From positions 14,905,153-14,945,494 of the forward strand of contig NC_068986.1 of assembly GCF_001194135.2 (NCBI RefSeq): a DNA stretch of 40,342 bases, in the 5' to 3' direction. Every line of letters begins with the position of its first letter. Position 1 is the first letter of the stretch. Both the position numbers and the translations under genes were made by a program. The notes beneath the pieces are model-generated. The model saw only the letters and a program-made list of their open reading frames with translations. It made no database searches and was not told the DNA's origin. This document shows, piece after piece, positions 37,060 through 40,342 of this stretch. The DNA comes from Octopus bimaculoides (lineage: Eukaryota).

Positions 37060-37550
37060 ATGCTCTGGGAATATATGTCAGATATCCATGTTCTGGCCGT
37101 CTCTTTAATCGTCGCCAAATTGCTGCCAATTCAAAGGTTCTCCAATCTAATTATCGTGACCTCCCTTATGTAGACGACTGTGACTTAGTCACCCATACTG
37201 TGGATGTCATGCAAATACTCATGAATTGTATTTCTGCTTCTTGCAAGGCATTTGAACTCAGCATTTGCCTCGACAAGATTGTTGTAGTGTTCCAGCCTGC
37301 TCCAAGAAATCCATACGTGAAACCAGCTATCTTGGTTGAAGGAACAATTCTGAAGGTAGTAGACAACGATAAGGAAATATCTGTCAGGTTGCAGAGAGCA
37401 ATAATTCCTTCCGGTCTCTTCAGTCTTGTGTCTGGTCCTAGCATGGCACCGCAAGGCAAACAAACGTTGCTGTGTATTGTGCATGTGTACTGACATCGCT
37501 ACTCTGCTCATGAGAGACATGGACTCTGTAGAAACGTCAGATGAACGCTT
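37060..37550 (+). mobile_element. RTE (BovB-like) LINE reverse transcriptase relic
   Basis: GIYVRY..GRLFN..RDLPYVDDCDLVTHTVDVMQILMNCISASCKAFELSICLDKIVVVFQPAP..LKVVD..KEISVRLQRA, then VYCACVLTSLLCS*ETWTL. YVDD corresponds to the YADD motif. Confidence 0.9.
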
Positions 37551-37564
37551 TATCTACATATATA

Positions 37565-37890
<326 letters not shown>

Positions 37891-38439
37891 ATAGTAAAGA
37901 TATTTAAATTTGAAGATTGAATATGTATATCAGCCTGGTTGCCGATGCATGCAATCGGTTCATAATTATTGATTATTTATGAGGAAGCTATGCTTCCCAG
38001 TCTGTTTAGAGTTACTTCACTTATTCCTTGATACAGAAATACAGCAAAAAAAAAAAATAATAATAATAACAAATGCTCGATATGTGTCTGTTAGTGCATG
38101 GTGAATGCTCTGAACTAAATTTGGCTTCTTCAATATCTTTTACCTAGAGTAAGAATTTTTGTCCTTGGCTGACCACAGTGAGCATGCGTATTTGGAGTTC
38201 AAATGTTCCCAGAGGCCAGGTGCATTCCAGACGTTTTGAGAGTTTTCTAGGAGAGGCAGTTATATCTGCCCTGACGTACTCTAATAGAAGCTTAACATTG
38301 CTTCATCTTATAAACTGGCCTGCCACCGTTTGTTATTCCGATGTGAAGGAGACAGCAGGAATACTGCTTTGGATATATCCCTGTTGCATAGCTTATCACA
38401 GCTAACTAGCATGCCAAATGCAGTCGGGACGACATGAGG

Positions 38440-39056
38440 ATTTGTAAGCTGTCTATACAACGAAGTTTTGTGTCAAAATGAGAAAAAGGTCGTAGAGAAT
38501 TATGAAATGCTTCAGAATGATATAGATTAACATGTATGAGCGGAGCATCTATTTTTCGTTGTCACAAGAGGCCAGGCAAAGCAAGTTCACCGGGAAGCTC
38601 ATAATGATTAGCTTTTTCGCCAGCAGCGTGTCGTCTACATTCACTGGGTTCTTTCTGGGCAGGCGGTTAACGAAAGGTTGGTTGTAATGGTTTTGAGGCA
38701 GTTCAGGAAGTGGTTTTGTTACAAGGTCCAGACCACCTGCACCAGGACAATGCACCAGTTTTCATTTCTCTCTTGATAACCAAATACTAGATAAAGATGG
38801 CCATCAAAACTGTCCCTCACCCTACCTACTGTCCAGATCCTACTCTCTGGGATTCGTTGTTGTACCCTAAGATGAAGGAGAAGATGAAGGACGTTGTGAC
38901 AATGTTCCTGGATACCTTCATGTGGGAGTACATCAATGGGGCCTTCACACAACGTGCATTGAAAATATAAGGTCTTACTTTGAAGGAGTTAACACATTTT
39001 TGAATTTAATAAATATTTCTCCTAAAAAATCTCAAAACCTCTGGAATAAAACTTGT
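38440..39056 (+). mobile_element. Internally deleted mariner element relic
   Basis: N-terminal KFCVKM..ENYEMLQ..CMSGASIF is joined directly to ARQSKFTGKLIMISFF..VYIHWV..GQAVN..LHQDNAPV..VPHPTYCPD..LYPKMKEK..IRSYFEG. Possible right TIR ends ..ctctggaataaaacttgtgta. Confidence 0.85.
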
Positions 39057-39540
39057 GTATTTAAATTGATCTAAAGTTTGCTTCAGACGAATTAGTTAAG
39101 CAGAAAATAATATCGAGCGTCTACCTTTCCAATTAACTGTGATAGACAACTATTTTCTATTTAATTTCTAAAAGATTAACTTGCATATTTGAAGTATATT
39201 TATTATATGCACTTTAAACATTCTCTCAAATATTCTCCGACATAAAATATTTGTAACTATTCTAACTTGAGCTTCTGTCTCTTCTACTTTCTCATCATAA
39301 ATTTCATTCTGATCATAGCGATTTAGGGAGTTGACATCTTTTGTTATTTCTTAAACAATCACATACCACATTGTTTTAATCCATTTTTTCCTGTACTTAC
39401 ATCTCCAAATCCACGTCAATTAACAAATTCCTCAACGGAAAATACAGACGTGAATTTTTTAAAATATTTTAAAAGATACATATGTTTTAATACATATTAA
39501 TGTATATGTATTTTTTGGGACGTAATTAGTTATGGAGGAC

Positions 39541-39640
39541 GTCTCCTGATGAAGGGAACATTACTTACAAGGATGAGTTAAACTTTTGAACTTTTTACCT
39601 TACCGAAAATGTAGTGCAGAAACGGCTGTCGTATGGACTT
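39541..39640 (+). ncRNA. Degenerate hammerhead-like motif with extended stem II
   Basis: CTGATGA (39546-39552), then CATTAC..AAGG..AGTT..AACT..CCTT..GTAGTG, GAAAC (39619-39623), near-palindromic ACGGCTGT, and GTC (39628-39630). Core-proximal stem II pairs are missing. Confidence 0.4.
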
Positions 39641-40307
39641 CGTCTGATAACGGGATTTTACCCTTAATACTTAATCCTTAATTGTAAAATTTTTATCTGT
39701 TCTAGTAATGTAGCTATTTGCTCTCTGAACTGTCTTGTCTTTTCTGCTGTTCTATGATTTAAGTGCCTTCCTACTGTTGTCTTACATAATATATATATGT
39801 TGTATCTTTTTCTATAGGTAGTTTATCATTTCATTTTCAGTCTCTATTTCTATTCCTGTTAATGTCTTCTCTTTCGTTTGCACTCACCATATTTACACAT
39901 CACATATTTTTACATTATTTTAATTTATATTTAATTTATACATTCATATATTGTTTCGTTTTGGGATTTGGTTTGCAAGATTCTTTACACGAATTCATGT
40001 GTTGAAGCATATTCTGTTGTGTCTGGGGAGAATCATTCTCTTTTGGTGCCTTATAATTTAACACACTCACTGGTAACATTTCTACTTATATATTATGCTT
40101 TTATATAAATATAGATTTGCATTGATCGGTATTAATATGTATTCATGTATCTGTATATATAAACATATTTTTAAAAAATTTGGTTCATGTCTTTTCCGTT
40201 TGAGAAGTTGCTGATTCACCTGAGTTTACCTCTTCAATTATTGTTCGTCTTGGACTCCTTCAGAGCACTTCACTTTTACAACCGACATATCTCGAGAGGT
40301 TTAATAG

Positions 40308-40342
<35 letters not shown>

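Noticed and set aside
37505-37540. ctcatga..gaaacgtcag looked like another hammerhead
   Set aside because: It is RTE coding sequence (LLCS*ETWTL*KRQ); the core is wrong and there are no stems.
40240-40268. Minus-strand CTGAAGGA-GTC-CAA-GAC-GAAC minimal hammerhead-like string
   Set aside because: Extra core base, GAAC instead of GAAAC, and no stem I or III.
39660-40300. Possible 5' region of a retroelement ORF on the minus strand
   Set aside because: Looks repeat-derived but no diagnostic motif could be read; needs a Dfam/Repbase search.

Overview
AT-rich, microsatellite-dense animal genomic DNA with many N gaps. The SINE and LINE families look like Octopus (inferred from recognising the repeats). 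No intact protein-coding gene is supported; most ORF-track entries are microsatellite or N-gap artefacts. The window is mostly decayed transposons: tRNA-derived SINEs, LINE fragments (Tx1/L1-like x2, CR1/L2-like, RTE x2, R4/Dong-like x2), a Ty3/gypsy gag relic, and DNA transposon relics (maT DD37D, mariner, pogo-like, Chapaev-like). The most interesting signal is non-coding. An intact minimal type I hammerhead ribozyme lies at 29431-29476 (-), inside a composite unit of tRNA-like head, (AAT)n, hammerhead and (GTAAATAAT)n tail. An inactivated paralogue lies at 37787-37832 (+) and a third tail at 30009-30066. Several other hammerhead-like relics, a 750-nt unit with 143-nt terminal redundancy and two long inverted repeats suggest Penelope/retrozyme-type elements. 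Relic boundaries are approximate, and all folds and translations were done by eye.
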